Positions 9,321-19,908 are shown, counted from the first letter of the stretch. The stretch is DNA of 64,000 nt from Candidatus Buchananbacteria bacterium (GCA_041666945.1 JBAYFY010000001.1:182627-246626), one strand, 5' to 3'. Notes: generated by a model not told the origin, from the letters alone. Made by a program: numbers and translations.

Positions 9321-10547
9321 ATGCCTGCGGAAAACAAAAAAAGAATTCTGATTTTTTCTTTGGCTTACCATCCTTTTGTGGGCGGAGCCGAAGTGGCCAT
9401 TAAAGAAATCACCGAGCGGCTGGGTGAAGATTTTGAATTTGACATGATTACGGCTAACTTGAGCGGCCATGAGCCGAAGGAAATTGAGAATTTTAACGGC
9501 ATCAGCCGGGTTTACCGTTTAGGCGCCGGAAAATTTGACAAGTATCGTTTTCCTTGGCTGGCGTACAACAAAGCGTTGGAGTTGCAGCAGAAAAACGATT
9601 ATGACGCGGTTTGGGCGATGATGGCCAATCAGGCGGGCTTGGCCGCCTTGAAATTCAAGCGTCGTTTTCCGCAGATTCCTTATTTATTGACTTTGCAAGA
9701 AGGGGACAGCGAACTGAATATCTGGCTGCGCACTTGGTTTATCCGGCCGATTTACAAGGCGATTTACCGCCGCGCCGATTATATTCAGGCGATCAGCAAT
9801 TTTTTGGCCAAGCGCGCCAAGCGTTTAGGCGCGAAATGTCCGATTGAAGTGGTGCCGAATGGCGGTGTTATCGAATTAAATTTAGTAGATTTAAAAGATT
9901 ACAGCAAACAAAAAAATAATGCCGAATTTGTTGCTGAATTTGATTCCACTATTGTGAAAGAAATAGAACAGATAAATAAAAATTTGAAAAAAGGTGATAA
10001 TTTAATCATAACTACTTCGCGATTAGTCAAGAAAAACGGAATAGTGTATTTAATACAGGCAATGAAATTTTTACCAAATAACTTTAAGTTAAGAATTATT
10101 GGTGACGGGAAGTTAAAATTAAAATTAAAAAAAACAGTTAAAAAATTAAATTTGAAAGATAGAGTTGAATTTATTGGTCAAATTGATTTTAGAAAATTGT
10201 ATAAATATTATTGGTATAAACCAATAATATTTGTCCGCCCGTCATTGTCGGAAGGATTGGGTAATGTTTTTTTGGAAGCGATGTCAATGAGTATTCCTGT
10301 AATTGGTACTAAAGTTGGTGGCATTCCTGATTTTTTGGTTGACGGCGAAACCGGCTGGTTCTGCAAAGTTAAAAATCCCGAAAGCATCGCGGAAAAAATC
10401 AATTACATTTTGTCTGAAAAAAATAAAGCCGAAGTTGAAAGAGTGGTTGAAAATGCCCAAAAATTAGTAGCCGAAAAGTATAATTGGAATAAAATAGCCG
10501 GCGAGATGAAAAATATTTTCAATAAATTGGCAAATGGACAAGAATAA
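9321..10547 (+). CDS. Glycosyltransferase family 4
   Basis: 'VGGAEVA', 'TSRLVKKNG', 'RPSLSEGLGNVFLEAMSMSIPVIGTKVGGIPD'. Confidence 0.92.
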   Translation: MPAENKKRILIFSLAYHPFVGGAEVAIKEITERLGEDFEFDMITANLSGHEPKEIENFNGISRVYRLGAGKFDKYRFPWLAYNKALELQQKNDYDAVWAMMANQAGLAALKFKRRFPQIPYLLTLQEGDSELNIWLRTWFIRPIYKAIYRRADYIQAISNFLAKRAKRLGAKCPIEVVPNGGVIELNLVDLKDYSKQKNNAEFVAEFDSTIVKEIEQINKNLKKGDNLIITTSRLVKKNGIVYLIQAMKFLPNNFKLRIIGDGKLKLKLKKTVKKLNLKDRVEFIGQIDFRKLYKYYWYKPIIFVRPSLSEGLGNVFLEAMSMSIPVIGTKVGGIPDFLVDGETGWFCKVKNPESIAEKINYILSEKNKAEVERVVENAQKLVAEKYNWNKIAGEMKNIFNKLANGQE

Positions 10548-11685
10548 CACAAAAATTTTAATCGCCACCGGCATTTATCCGCCGGATATCGGCGGCCCGG
10601 CCACGATGCTTGAAGCGCTGGCCTCGTCTTTGCGCGCCGAGGGTTTTGGCGTCAAGGTCATCACTTACTCCGGCCAAAAACGTTCAGAGCAAGACGTTTA
10701 TCGGGTGTTGAAAAACAGAATTTTCAGCCGCTTGCATTATTTTCTGGCTATGTTTTTTTTGTCTTTTGACGCCGATCTGATTTATGTAACCGATATTTAC
10801 AGCGTCGGCTGGTTTGCCAATCTGATAAAAAAGTTGACCGGCAAAAAATATTTGGTCAGGTTTGCCGGCGATGCCGCCTGGGAAACAGCCACTTCTAACG
10901 GTTGGACGACCGACTACATCACGGATTTTGAAAAAAATAATTATAATCAACGGATTGAAAAAATGAAAGCGCGCCGCCGCCGGATTTTAACGGAAGCTGA
11001 TGCGGTTATCGCCGTCAGTAATTTTATGGGCGACTTGGCCAAGCTGATCGGCGTTGATTCGGCAAAAATAAATGTCATATACAATGCGATTGATTTTAGC
11101 GATGAAACCGGCGTTAACGAGTCGGTTGCCGCCGATCTGCCCAAGGGCGGCCAAATTATCATGACGGTTTGCCGATTGACCAAATGGAAGGGCGTTGATC
11201 AGTTAATCAAGGCCATGCCGGAGATTATCAAGCGTTTGCCCCGGGTTTATTTGATTATTTTAGGCGACGGGCCGGAACTGGAAAGCTTGCAGGATTTAGC
11301 CCGGTCTTTGAATCTGGCCGATCAGGTAAAATTTCTTAACCGCATACCGCATGAAAACGTTTTGGAATATTTAAGCCGGGCCGACGTTTTCGTTTTAAAC
11401 ACCAATTATGAAGGTTTATCCCATACTTTACTGGAAGCCATAAAAGCCGGAACCCCGGTGATCGCCACCAATGTCGGCGGCAATCCTGAAGTTGTTACTG
11501 ACAACCAAAACGGACTGTTGGTAGATTATAACGATCAAAGCCGGTTAACCGAAGCGATTTGCCAATTATTGACTGACAGGCCGTTAGCCAAAAGATTGGC
11601 TGAAGCGGCGACGATTAAGTTAAAGGATTTTTCTTGGCGGCAAACAGTGGATAAAACTGTTGATTTATTGAAAAAATTGCGATGA
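10534..11685 (+). CDS. Glycosyltransferase family 4
   Basis: 'YPPDIGGPA', 'RLTKWKG', 'YEGLSHTLLEAIKAGTPVIATNVGGNPE'. Confidence 0.92.
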   Translation: MDKNNTKILIATGIYPPDIGGPATMLEALASSLRAEGFGVKVITYSGQKRSEQDVYRVLKNRIFSRLHYFLAMFFLSFDADLIYVTDIYSVGWFANLIKKLTGKKYLVRFAGDAAWETATSNGWTTDYITDFEKNNYNQRIEKMKARRRRILTEADAVIAVSNFMGDLAKLIGVDSAKINVIYNAIDFSDETGVNESVAADLPKGGQIIMTVCRLTKWKGVDQLIKAMPEIIKRLPRVYLIILGDGPELESLQDLARSLNLADQVKFLNRIPHENVLEYLSRADVFVLNTNYEGLSHTLLEAIKAGTPVIATNVGGNPEVVTDNQNGLLVDYNDQSRLTEAICQLLTDRPLAKRLAEAATIKLKDFSWRQTVDKTVDLLKKLR

Positions 11686-13127
11686 AAAAAGTTTTATTGG
11701 TTAATCCCGAATTCAATATTGTCAAAGATAATTACGACAGCTCTATTTCTGTCGGTCTGTTGAGTATCGCGACGTATTTAAACAGCCAAGGAGTGGAAGT
11801 GAAAATAATAGACGGCGTCAGGCAAAAGGATTATCTGGCTTTATTGGAGCGAGCGATTAAGGAATTTGACCTTGTAGGCATTTCGGTCATGACCATGCAG
11901 ATTTCCAATGCTTTGAAGGTTTCCGAGTTGATAAGAAAGCTTAATCCCGCCGCGACGATTGTCTGGGGCGGCTCGCATCCGACTTTTTTTATTGAGCAGA
12001 CGGCCAAAAATCCCTTGATTGACGCGGTGTGTTTTGGCGAAGGGGAGGAAACCATGTTGCGATTGGCGCAGGGCCTGCCGTACGCTGAAGTTAAAGGCCT
12101 TGCCTATCGCGATTCCGGCGCGGTCGTCATTAATCAGCCGCAACCCCTGCATCGGCCGCAGTCCATGCCGCTGTTCAATTGGGATTTGGTGCCTCCGGAA
12201 ATCAGAGATCACTTGTATTTGATTCCCTCGCTGACTTCGCGCGGCTGTCCGCATCGCTGCACCTTTTGCATTAACGCGATTTTAAAAAATCAATGGCGCG
12301 CCCGAACCGTGGAACAAGTGCTTGAGGATTTGCGGATAATCAAAACCAAAGAATACTTCAAAGATAAAAAACTGCGTTTTTGGGACGAGAATTTTTTTGT
12401 GGATATCGGTCGCGCTAAAGCGATTATTGCCGGAATGATCAGGGAGAATCTGGTGTTGCCATGGGAAACCACCGTTCGCGCCGACTATATCAGGCCGGGC
12501 AAAATAGATGACGAATTTTTGGCCGAACTTAAGCGGTCCGGCTGTTATTTGCTGTCTTTTGGAGCTGAATCCGGCAGTAGCCACGTTTTAAAAATGATAA
12601 AAAAGGATGTTACGGCCGATGACATAGTCGCTTCCGCCGCCGCTTGCCTCAAACACGGCATCATACCCCAGTATTCATTTATGATCGGTTTGCCCGGCGA
12701 AACGCGAAGCGACATGCAGGATACCCTGAAACTGATTGACCGCTTGGTTGCTTTAAGCGACGAAGTCCAGATTTTGGGCCCGCAGGCCTTCCGCCCCTAT
12801 CCCGGATCGGAATTGTACGAGGAATGCGTTAAGGCCGGCTGGCAAGAACCGCAATCGCTGGAGGACTGGAAAAAAGTTTCGGAAAATGAATTGAGTTATA
12901 TGTCAGTCAAGAATTTCCCTTGGGTCAAAAACAAAGATTTTGTGGAATCAATGGAGGCCTATGTCAGGTTCGGCGCCCTGCCGTTTAAAAGCGCGATGAA
13001 TTCAACTATTTCTTCCAACAGATTGCTGAAATTTTGTTTCATTTGTTTATGCAAGTTGCGCTGGAAATTAAAGTTTTTTGCCTGGCCGTTGGAATTTAAA
13101 TTAGCCAAAAGATTTGTCACTAAATAA
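11682..13127 (+). CDS. B12-binding domain radical SAM protein (class B-like) #1
   Basis: 'VWGGSHPT', 'GEGE', 'TSRGCPHRCTFC', 'GAESGS', 'FMIGLPGET', 'PYPGS'. Confidence 0.9.
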   Translation: MKKVLLVNPEFNIVKDNYDSSISVGLLSIATYLNSQGVEVKIIDGVRQKDYLALLERAIKEFDLVGISVMTMQISNALKVSELIRKLNPAATIVWGGSHPTFFIEQTAKNPLIDAVCFGEGEETMLRLAQGLPYAEVKGLAYRDSGAVVINQPQPLHRPQSMPLFNWDLVPPEIRDHLYLIPSLTSRGCPHRCTFCINAILKNQWRARTVEQVLEDLRIIKTKEYFKDKKLRFWDENFFVDIGRAKAIIAGMIRENLVLPWETTVRADYIRPGKIDDEFLAELKRSGCYLLSFGAESGSSHVLKMIKKDVTADDIVASAAACLKHGIIPQYSFMIGLPGETRSDMQDTLKLIDRLVALSDEVQILGPQAFRPYPGSELYEECVKAGWQEPQSLEDWKKVSENELSYMSVKNFPWVKNKDFVESMEAYVRFGALPFKSAMNSTISSNRLLKFCFICLCKLRWKLKFFAWPLEFKLAKRFVTK

Positions 13128-13135
13128 TCATCGAC

Positions 13136-15334
13136 ATGAAAATATTAAATTTAGGCACGGATAAAGGCGTTTTTGTCCCGTCAGCGCCTGTGGCGCGGCG
13201 CTTGGTTGAGTATGGCGCCATGACCGACGGCTACGACATCATCGTGCCCGACAAACAGCCGAAAAAAAATAAATTGTCAGAAAAAGTAACCGCTTACGGC
13301 ACGGGCGGCAACAACAGATTGTCGGCTCTGCTCAAGACGTACCGGTTGGCGAAAAAATTATTCCGTCAAAACAATTACGACGTGATAACGGTTCAGGATC
13401 CTTTTGAATTGTCGCTGATAGGATTGTTGTTGGCCAAAAAATTCAATTGCGCCCTAAACATCCAAGAGCACGGCGATTTTTTCAGCACGACTCATTGGCG
13501 CAATGAGAATCCGATTAATTTTTGCCGTTACTATCTGGGACGCTGGCTGATCAAGCGGGCCGACAGCGTGCGCGCAGTCAGCGAGCGGATAAAAGATACG
13601 TTGATTAAGGATTTGCAGATAGCCGAAGATAAAATCGTGGTCGTCTCAGTTTACGTAAAAACAGACCGGCCGGCCGGGGGAAACAAGCCGGAAATCTTTG
13701 ACTGTTTGACCGGCAAGACCGTTTTTTTAACGATGGCGCGGCTGGTGAAGCAGAAAAATTTGCCGTTACTGGTTCGGTCTTTCGCTCTTGTCGTCAAACA
13801 GTCGCCGGACGCGGCCTTGCTTATTGTCGGCCGCGGTCCGGAAAAGGATAAATTGGCCAAACAAATAAAAGAATCGGGTCTGGAAGATAAAATTTTTCTG
13901 GTTGACTGGACCGACAGTATTTATGATTATTACAATTCGGCCGATGTTTATGTTTTAAGTTCCAATTACGAGGGCTGGGGGATGGTTGCAATAGAAGCCG
14001 CCAGTTGCGGCCTGCCCATAGTGATGACTGATGTCGGTTGCGCCGGCGAAGCGGTCAAGGACGGAGAGAGCGCTTTAGTCGTGCCTCTGGACGATGAGAA
14101 AAAATTGGCCGACGCCATGAAAAAACTTATCCAGGACGCTGATTTGCGCCGACGGCTTGGCCAATCGGCTAAGTTGGCGATTAACGCCCTGCCTACCCGC
14201 GAAGGGAATTTGGCGCTTTATTTAAAAAGCTGGCAAATCGCCAAAGACAAGAAAGGTCCGCAAACCTGCAAACATTTTTGGCCGGTTTTGGTACTCTTGG
14301 CGGTTGTGGCGTTAAATGTTTTCATGCGGCTTGATTTCGTCGGTTTTAGCGTCAATGGCGATGCCTATCAGTATATGGAAACGGCTAAATTGTTTATGAA
14401 CCAGCCGGCGGAAAGTTTTCCTTCCAGAATCTTGAAACCGTTGGGGCCGTTGGGCATTGCCTGGTTATCACCCTTAACCGGGGGCGATTTATCGGCGGCA
14501 TTTGAGGCGGAAGCGATTATATTTTATATTTTTTTGGCCTTGGCCGTTTATGCGCTGTTTAATTTGTTTTTTAAGGATAAGTGGCTGGCTTTGACAGGCG
14601 CATTGATTTATATTTCTTCCTATCCGTTGCTTAAATACGGCTTGGATTTATTCACTGAGTCGGGCGCGCAATTATTCTGGGTTCTGGCCGCCATCGGCGT
14701 TGTCAGGTTTTATAAGCGGCCGAATAATTTTAATTTATTTTTGACTTCGCTGATGGTTGTCGTCGGCATGCTGTGGAAAGAATACAGCAGCTTGGGCATG
14801 GTTTTCCTGTATTTGGTGATATTTTTCCATCCGCTGCTGCCCGCGGGCGAGAAATTTAAAAAAATATTTTTATCCACCGTTGCGGTCGGTTTGCCCCTGA
14901 TTGCCTGGCAGGTCGTGGTTTATTTCAATTATCATTATTCGTATTTGGACTGGTATAAGTTAGGTATCAGCGCTCCCAGCGGTTCGGAGTATCAGCCGTT
15001 TTTCGTCGTTAAGAGTATTGTCGGCGTTTATTTGGCCGCTTGGTTATTGGTGCCGCTGGGACTGATCAACTGGCGGGAGTTCACCGTTGATCAAAAATTC
15101 CTGATCAAGTGCATGATTTTGCCGTCTTTTATGTTTTTGCTTTGGACCGGCGTATCATCGCGTCTGTATTTTGTCCTGGCTTTGCTTTTAACTTTGCTGG
15201 CAATCAACGGATTAAAAAAATATTTTCACCGCTGCCCAAGCCGAGCCGCGGTCGTTGCCGTTATTATTTTGATTGATTATTTATGGTTGCTGACCAGCGA
15301 CGGGTTCAGGGAATTTTTCAGCAGATTTCTTTAA
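13136..15334 (+). CDS. Fusion: GT4 glycosyltransferase + multi-TM GT-C-like (PMT/ArnT-type) domain
   Basis: N-terminal ~370 aa with 'YEGWGMVAIEAASCGLPIVMTDVG'; C-terminal ~350 aa hydrophobic with acidic loop 'NGDAYQY' after the first TM, 'FTES', 'WKE'. Confidence 0.8.
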   Translation: MKILNLGTDKGVFVPSAPVARRLVEYGAMTDGYDIIVPDKQPKKNKLSEKVTAYGTGGNNRLSALLKTYRLAKKLFRQNNYDVITVQDPFELSLIGLLLAKKFNCALNIQEHGDFFSTTHWRNENPINFCRYYLGRWLIKRADSVRAVSERIKDTLIKDLQIAEDKIVVVSVYVKTDRPAGGNKPEIFDCLTGKTVFLTMARLVKQKNLPLLVRSFALVVKQSPDAALLIVGRGPEKDKLAKQIKESGLEDKIFLVDWTDSIYDYYNSADVYVLSSNYEGWGMVAIEAASCGLPIVMTDVGCAGEAVKDGESALVVPLDDEKKLADAMKKLIQDADLRRRLGQSAKLAINALPTREGNLALYLKSWQIAKDKKGPQTCKHFWPVLVLLAVVALNVFMRLDFVGFSVNGDAYQYMETAKLFMNQPAESFPSRILKPLGPLGIAWLSPLTGGDLSAAFEAEAIIFYIFLALAVYALFNLFFKDKWLALTGALIYISSYPLLKYGLDLFTESGAQLFWVLAAIGVVRFYKRPNNFNLFLTSLMVVVGMLWKEYSSLGMVFLYLVIFFHPLLPAGEKFKKIFLSTVAVGLPLIAWQVVVYFNYHYSYLDWYKLGISAPSGSEYQPFFVVKSIVGVYLAAWLLVPLGLINWREFTVDQKFLIKCMILPSFMFLLWTGVSSRLYFVLALLLTLLAINGLKKYFHRCPSRAAVVAVIILIDYLWLLTSDGFREFFSRFL

Positions 15335-15337
15335 AGT

Positions 15338-16810
15338 ATGACGCAAGACAATCAAAAAAATTTGGATTGCCTGTTGATCGCTCCGCCTGATTATTACGGC
15401 GATGAGGATAATATTTGGCGGGAGATTAATTCTAATTTTCCTCCTTTGGGTTTGGCTTCCATCGCCGGCTATATTCGCCAACAGGGCCAGGCCGTGGAAA
15501 TAATCGATTGCGAGGTTTCCTGCCCTTCAGTCAGGGCTTTTGGCGATTATTTAAGGGATAATTTTATTAATCGCCGCAGAGACATCAGAGTGATAGGTTT
15601 TACCGCCACCACCGGCCAAATCAAAAAAGCTTATCAAGCCGCGGAAATTTGCCGGTCATATTATCCTAATGCCCTGATTGTTTTCGGCGGCGTTCACGCG
15701 ACCTTCGTTACTGACGAAGTTATTAATCAGCCGTTTATTGATTTGGCGGTAGTGGGTGAGGGAGAAATTACTTTGGGAGAAATATTATCCGGTAAAAATA
15801 TCGGGGAGATTGAGGGCGTGGTGTATAAGAAAGAGCTAAACGGCCAAAAGCAGATAATCCGCAACGCGCCGCGCCGGCGGATTGCCAATTTGGACGACTT
15901 GCCTTTGCCGGCTTATGATTTATTGCCGATTGACAAATATCGGCCGGCCAAAGGTTCATACAAAAAGCTGCCGGCTATGAGTTTGATGACCAGCCGCGGT
16001 TGTCCGGGGCGTTGCACTTTTTGCAATAAGACCCTGGGTGATCAGATGATTTTCAAATCGGCCGCCGGAATTTTTGCCGAAATAAAATATTTGGCCGCTA
16101 ATTACGGCATCAGGCAAATAATGTTTTATGACGATACTTTCACCGTCTTTCGCCAGAATGTCATTGATTTATGCGACCTGCTGTTAAAGAATAAAATGGA
16201 TTTGTCCTGGACATGTTTTGCCCGGGTGGATTACGTCGATGAAGCCATGTTGCGGAAAATGTCCGACGCCGGTTGCCATCAGATTATGTACGGCGTGGAA
16301 AATATTGACGAAGCCGTATTAAAAAATATCAATAAAAAAATAAATTTAACCCAAGTGATTAATGCCGTCAAATGGACCAAGCAGGCGGGGATAGAGTGCC
16401 GTTTGGCTTTCATGGTGGGCAACCCCGGCGATGATCGCCAAGTGATTGAGAAAAATATCCGCTTTATCAAAAAAATCAATCCCGATCTGCTGATCGTCAA
16501 TATCACCACGCCTTTTCCCGGCACGGCCATGTTTGATTGGGCCAAGGAACGCGGTTTGCTGTTGAGCGAGAACTGGGACGACTTTAATCTGGCCAAGCCG
16601 GTCATGAGATTGGAAAATCTTTCGGCGGCGGAAATAAAGGATTTATATAAAATCATGTACCGCAGTTTTTATTTTCGGCCGAAGTTCGTTCTTAAAAAAG
16701 TTTTTAGCATCAGATCGTTTGCTGACGCAAGAATTTTGCTTGACGGCTTTATGGCCCTGGTTTCATTTTTTATGCCCAAACGGTCGGGTGATGATATAAA
16801 AAGCGTTTAA
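15338..16810 (+). CDS. B12-binding domain radical SAM protein #2
   Basis: 'PPLGLASIAGY', 'GGVHAT', 'GEGE', 'TSRGCPGRCTFC', 'YDDTF', 'PFPGT'. Confidence 0.92.
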   Translation: MTQDNQKNLDCLLIAPPDYYGDEDNIWREINSNFPPLGLASIAGYIRQQGQAVEIIDCEVSCPSVRAFGDYLRDNFINRRRDIRVIGFTATTGQIKKAYQAAEICRSYYPNALIVFGGVHATFVTDEVINQPFIDLAVVGEGEITLGEILSGKNIGEIEGVVYKKELNGQKQIIRNAPRRRIANLDDLPLPAYDLLPIDKYRPAKGSYKKLPAMSLMTSRGCPGRCTFCNKTLGDQMIFKSAAGIFAEIKYLAANYGIRQIMFYDDTFTVFRQNVIDLCDLLLKNKMDLSWTCFARVDYVDEAMLRKMSDAGCHQIMYGVENIDEAVLKNINKKINLTQVINAVKWTKQAGIECRLAFMVGNPGDDRQVIEKNIRFIKKINPDLLIVNITTPFPGTAMFDWAKERGLLLSENWDDFNLAKPVMRLENLSAAEIKDLYKIMYRSFYFRPKFVLKKVFSIRSFADARILLDGFMALVSFFMPKRSGDDIKSV

Positions 16811-16825
16811 TATTAATGATATTTT

Positions 16826-17521
16826 ATGAAATTGTCAGTTATTATACCGGTTTATAATGAACGGAAAACTATTTTGGAATTATTGCGCCGGGTTGAAGCG
16901 GTGCCTCTTTCAGGCGTAACCAAAGAAATCATCATCATTGATGACGGCTCCACCGATGGCACAAGAGAAGTCATTTCTGATTTTAGAGATAGATGCACGA
17001 TCATCCTAAAAGATAAAAATGAAGGCAAGGGTTCGGCCATTAAGCGCGGCCTTTCTGCGGCAACCGGCGACTTGCTGATCATCCAAGACGCCGATTTGGA
17101 ATATAACCCGCAAGAATATCAAGAAATTTTAGAGCCGATCATTAACGGCCAGGCCGATGTCGTTTACGGCTCGCGTTTCATCACCAGCAAACCGCACCGC
17201 GTTTTCTTTTTTTGGCATTATCTGGGCAACACTTTTTTGACAATCTTTTCCAATATTATGAGCAATTTGACTTTGACTGACATGGAAACTTGCTATAAGG
17301 CGTTTAATCGTCCGGTTATTGATTATTTAAAAAGCCGCTTGACTGCCAAGAGGTTCGGCGTTGAACCGGAAATTACCGCCTTGATCGCCAAAGGCAAATT
17401 TCGGATTTATGAAGTCGGCATTTCTTATTCCGGCCGCACTTATGAGGAAGGCAAGAAGGTTAATTGGAAAGACGGCCTGGCGGCGGTTTGGTATATTATT
17501 AAATTTAATTTATGGAAATAA
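16826..17521 (+). CDS. Glycosyltransferase family 2 (DPM1/polyprenol-phosphate glycosyltransferase-like)
   Basis: 'SVIIPVYNE', 'DDGSTDGT', 'GKG', 'QDADLEY', 'VYGSRF', 'TDMETCYK'. Confidence 0.92.
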   Translation: MKLSVIIPVYNERKTILELLRRVEAVPLSGVTKEIIIIDDGSTDGTREVISDFRDRCTIILKDKNEGKGSAIKRGLSAATGDLLIIQDADLEYNPQEYQEILEPIINGQADVVYGSRFITSKPHRVFFFWHYLGNTFLTIFSNIMSNLTLTDMETCYKAFNRPVIDYLKSRLTAKRFGVEPEITALIAKGKFRIYEVGISYSGRTYEEGKKVNWKDGLAAVWYIIKFNLWK

Positions 17522-18114
17522 CCAGTCCCGCCGCCCCCACCAGAGGTTACGGCGTGTTAGAGAAATATTTGGCTAAGCGGCGGGCGCAAAAAGTTGACCG
17601 ATTGATTCCCGCGAATTTAAGATCGGGAGCCATTCTTGATATTGGTTGCGGTTCTTATCCTTATTTTTTGACACAGATTAAGTTTGCCGACAAAGTCGGA
17701 TTAGACAAATCGGTGAACGAAGAAGGGATTGCCGGAATCAATCTGAAAAAATATGAATTCAAATCCGGCGACGATTTGCCCGTTGCTCTCGGCGGCTTTA
17801 CCGTTGTAACCATGTTGGCCGTTTTGGAACATCTGGATGAAACAGCGGCTTTAAATGTTTTAACCCAATCTTGCCGGGCGCTTGTTCCCGGCGGCTTGTT
17901 GATTGTAACGACGCCCTGGGGCAAAACCAAGGGTTTATTGACGTTACTGGCCGCGCTTAAGATAGTTTCGCCGGAAGAAATTAACGAGCATCAGCAGTTC
18001 TATAGCCGTCAAGATTTATTCAGGCAGCTTGTTGCCGCCGGTTTTACGGCTGATAAAATTACCATAGGAAGCTTTGAATTAGGTTTAAATTTATATGCCC
18101 TCGCCAGAAAATAA
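17512..18114 (+). CDS. Class I SAM-dependent methyltransferase
   Basis: 'ILDIGCGS', 'LAVLEHL', 'LVPGGLLIVTTP'. Confidence 0.88.
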   Translation: MEITSPAAPTRGYGVLEKYLAKRRAQKVDRLIPANLRSGAILDIGCGSYPYFLTQIKFADKVGLDKSVNEEGIAGINLKKYEFKSGDDLPVALGGFTVVTMLAVLEHLDETAALNVLTQSCRALVPGGLLIVTTPWGKTKGLLTLLAALKIVSPEEINEHQQFYSRQDLFRQLVAAGFTADKITIGSFELGLNLYALARK

Positions 18115-19180
18115 AAAATTGAAATTATTAATCCTGACCCAAAAAGTAGATAACGCCGACGGCTTACTCGGGTTCTTTCATGATTGGCTTAAAGAATTCG
18201 CCAACAATTTTTCCCAAGTAACCGTTATTTGTTTATTTAAGGGCGGATATGATTTGCCTGGCAATGTCAGGGTTTTATCTTTAGGCAAAGAAGACAAGCC
18301 GTCGCGTTGGCGGTATTTGTGGCGTTTTTATAAATACCTTTGGCTGGTTCGCCGTGATTATGACGCTGTTTTCGTCCATATCAACGTGGTTTACATTATC
18401 CTGGCCGGTTTAATCTGGCGCTGGCAGGGCAAGCCGGTCGGCTTATGGTACGCGCATAAGGCGGTTGATTTGAAATTAAGATTAGCCGAGCCGTTAACCG
18501 ATATGATTTTTACCGCCTCGCCCGAAAGTTTCCGCCTCGCCAGCGCCAAAGTGAAAGTCATCGGCCACGGCATTGATGTTGACAAATTTTCTTTAAAAGA
18601 TTGGGCGGAAGCAAAACAGGACAAAATCAAAATTATCAGCGTCGGCCGGATCAGTGAAATAAAAAATCAATTATTATTAATCAGGGCCGTTGATATTTTA
18701 GCGCATAAATCAGAAATAAAAAATCTAGCTGTGTCTTTTATCGGTTCGCCGCCGAATATTGAGGGTTTGGGTTATGCCGCTTTGCTGAAAGAGGAAGTAA
18801 AGAAGTTACAACTGGAGCCGTACGTTAGCTGGCTGGGCAATATTCCCAACAAGGATTTGCCCCGTTATTATCAACAAGCCGATTTAAGCGTTAATTTATG
18901 CCCCACCGGGGGATTAGACAAGGTGGTCTTGGAATCGCTGGCTTGCGGCGTGCCGGCCATAGTTTATAATCAAACCTTTTCCGCTATCTTGGGCGATTAT
19001 AAGGATTTGTTATTATTGACAAGCGCCGACGCTCAAGAGTTGGCTGAAAAAATCAAAAAAATCGTCGGGCTGGATTTACCCGGCAAACGGACTATGGCTT
19101 CTGATTTGCGCCGCATTGTCGTATCCTCTTACAGCATAAAAAATTTGGTTATTAACATCAGAAAGGCCTATGACAGATAA
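18095..19180 (+). CDS. Glycosyltransferase family 4
   Basis: 'GHGIDVDKF', 'SVGRISEIK', 'GGLDKVVLESLACGVP'. Confidence 0.88.
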   Translation: MPSPENKKLKLLILTQKVDNADGLLGFFHDWLKEFANNFSQVTVICLFKGGYDLPGNVRVLSLGKEDKPSRWRYLWRFYKYLWLVRRDYDAVFVHINVVYIILAGLIWRWQGKPVGLWYAHKAVDLKLRLAEPLTDMIFTASPESFRLASAKVKVIGHGIDVDKFSLKDWAEAKQDKIKIISVGRISEIKNQLLLIRAVDILAHKSEIKNLAVSFIGSPPNIEGLGYAALLKEEVKKLQLEPYVSWLGNIPNKDLPRYYQQADLSVNLCPTGGLDKVVLESLACGVPAIVYNQTFSAILGDYKDLLLLTSADAQELAEKIKKIVGLDLPGKRTMASDLRRIVVSSYSIKNLVINIRKAYDR

Positions 19181-19904
19181 AATAAAAATTTTTTTAAAGG
19201 ACCTTTTGGCCGGTTTGCTTGTTTTTTTGCCCGCTCGCCCTAATCGGGCGGTTATTCTGATGTACCATTCGTTGGGCGATAACGGCAAATTTTTTACCGT
19301 TAAGCCGGCTGATTTTTCTCTCCAGCTTGATTATTTAAAACGGCATAAATATAATGTGGTTTCTCTGGCTGTTTTGTCCGGTTATTTGACGGCGGGAAAA
19401 ATCCCGCCGCGAACGGTCGTAATTACCTTTGATGACGGTTACGCGGATAATTACTCAATCGCCTTCCCGGAGTTAAAAAAGCACGGTTTTCCCGCCACGA
19501 TTTTTTTGGCCACCGGCTTGCCGTTTTCCGGTTTGTCTTTGCTGACCAACGATCAAATTTCAGAGATGATTGCTTCCGCTTTGATTGATTTTGAACCTCA
19601 CACCGTCAGCCATGCCAAGCTGACTAAAATAGATTTGGCCGAGGCGCGACGGGAGATTGTTGAATCACGAATCTCCGTTGAACGTCTTTGCCAAAAATCA
19701 GCATCATATTTTGCCTACCCCTATGGTTGCTACAATCAGCAGATTATTGAACTGCTGAAAACCAACGGTTTTGAGCTGGCCCTAACCGTCGCTAAGGGCG
19801 TCGTTAGCCCTAAGAGCAACCGCTGGCTGCTCAAGCGTAACGCCATTGACTCCGCCGTCAGCCCGGTTCAATTTAAGGCCATCGTTAAATTCGGCAAAAG
19901 ATAA
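19170..19904 (+). CDS. Polysaccharide deacetylase (CE4, IcaB/PgaB-like)
   Basis: 'ILMYH', 'ITFDDGY', 'PHTVSH', 'FAYPYG'. Confidence 0.9.
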   Translation: MTDKIKIFLKDLLAGLLVFLPARPNRAVILMYHSLGDNGKFFTVKPADFSLQLDYLKRHKYNVVSLAVLSGYLTAGKIPPRTVVITFDDGYADNYSIAFPELKKHGFPATIFLATGLPFSGLSLLTNDQISEMIASALIDFEPHTVSHAKLTKIDLAEARREIVESRISVERLCQKSASYFAYPYGCYNQQIIELLKTNGFELALTVAKGVVSPKSNRWLLKRNAIDSAVSPVQFKAIVKFGKR

Positions 19905-19908
19905 GATT

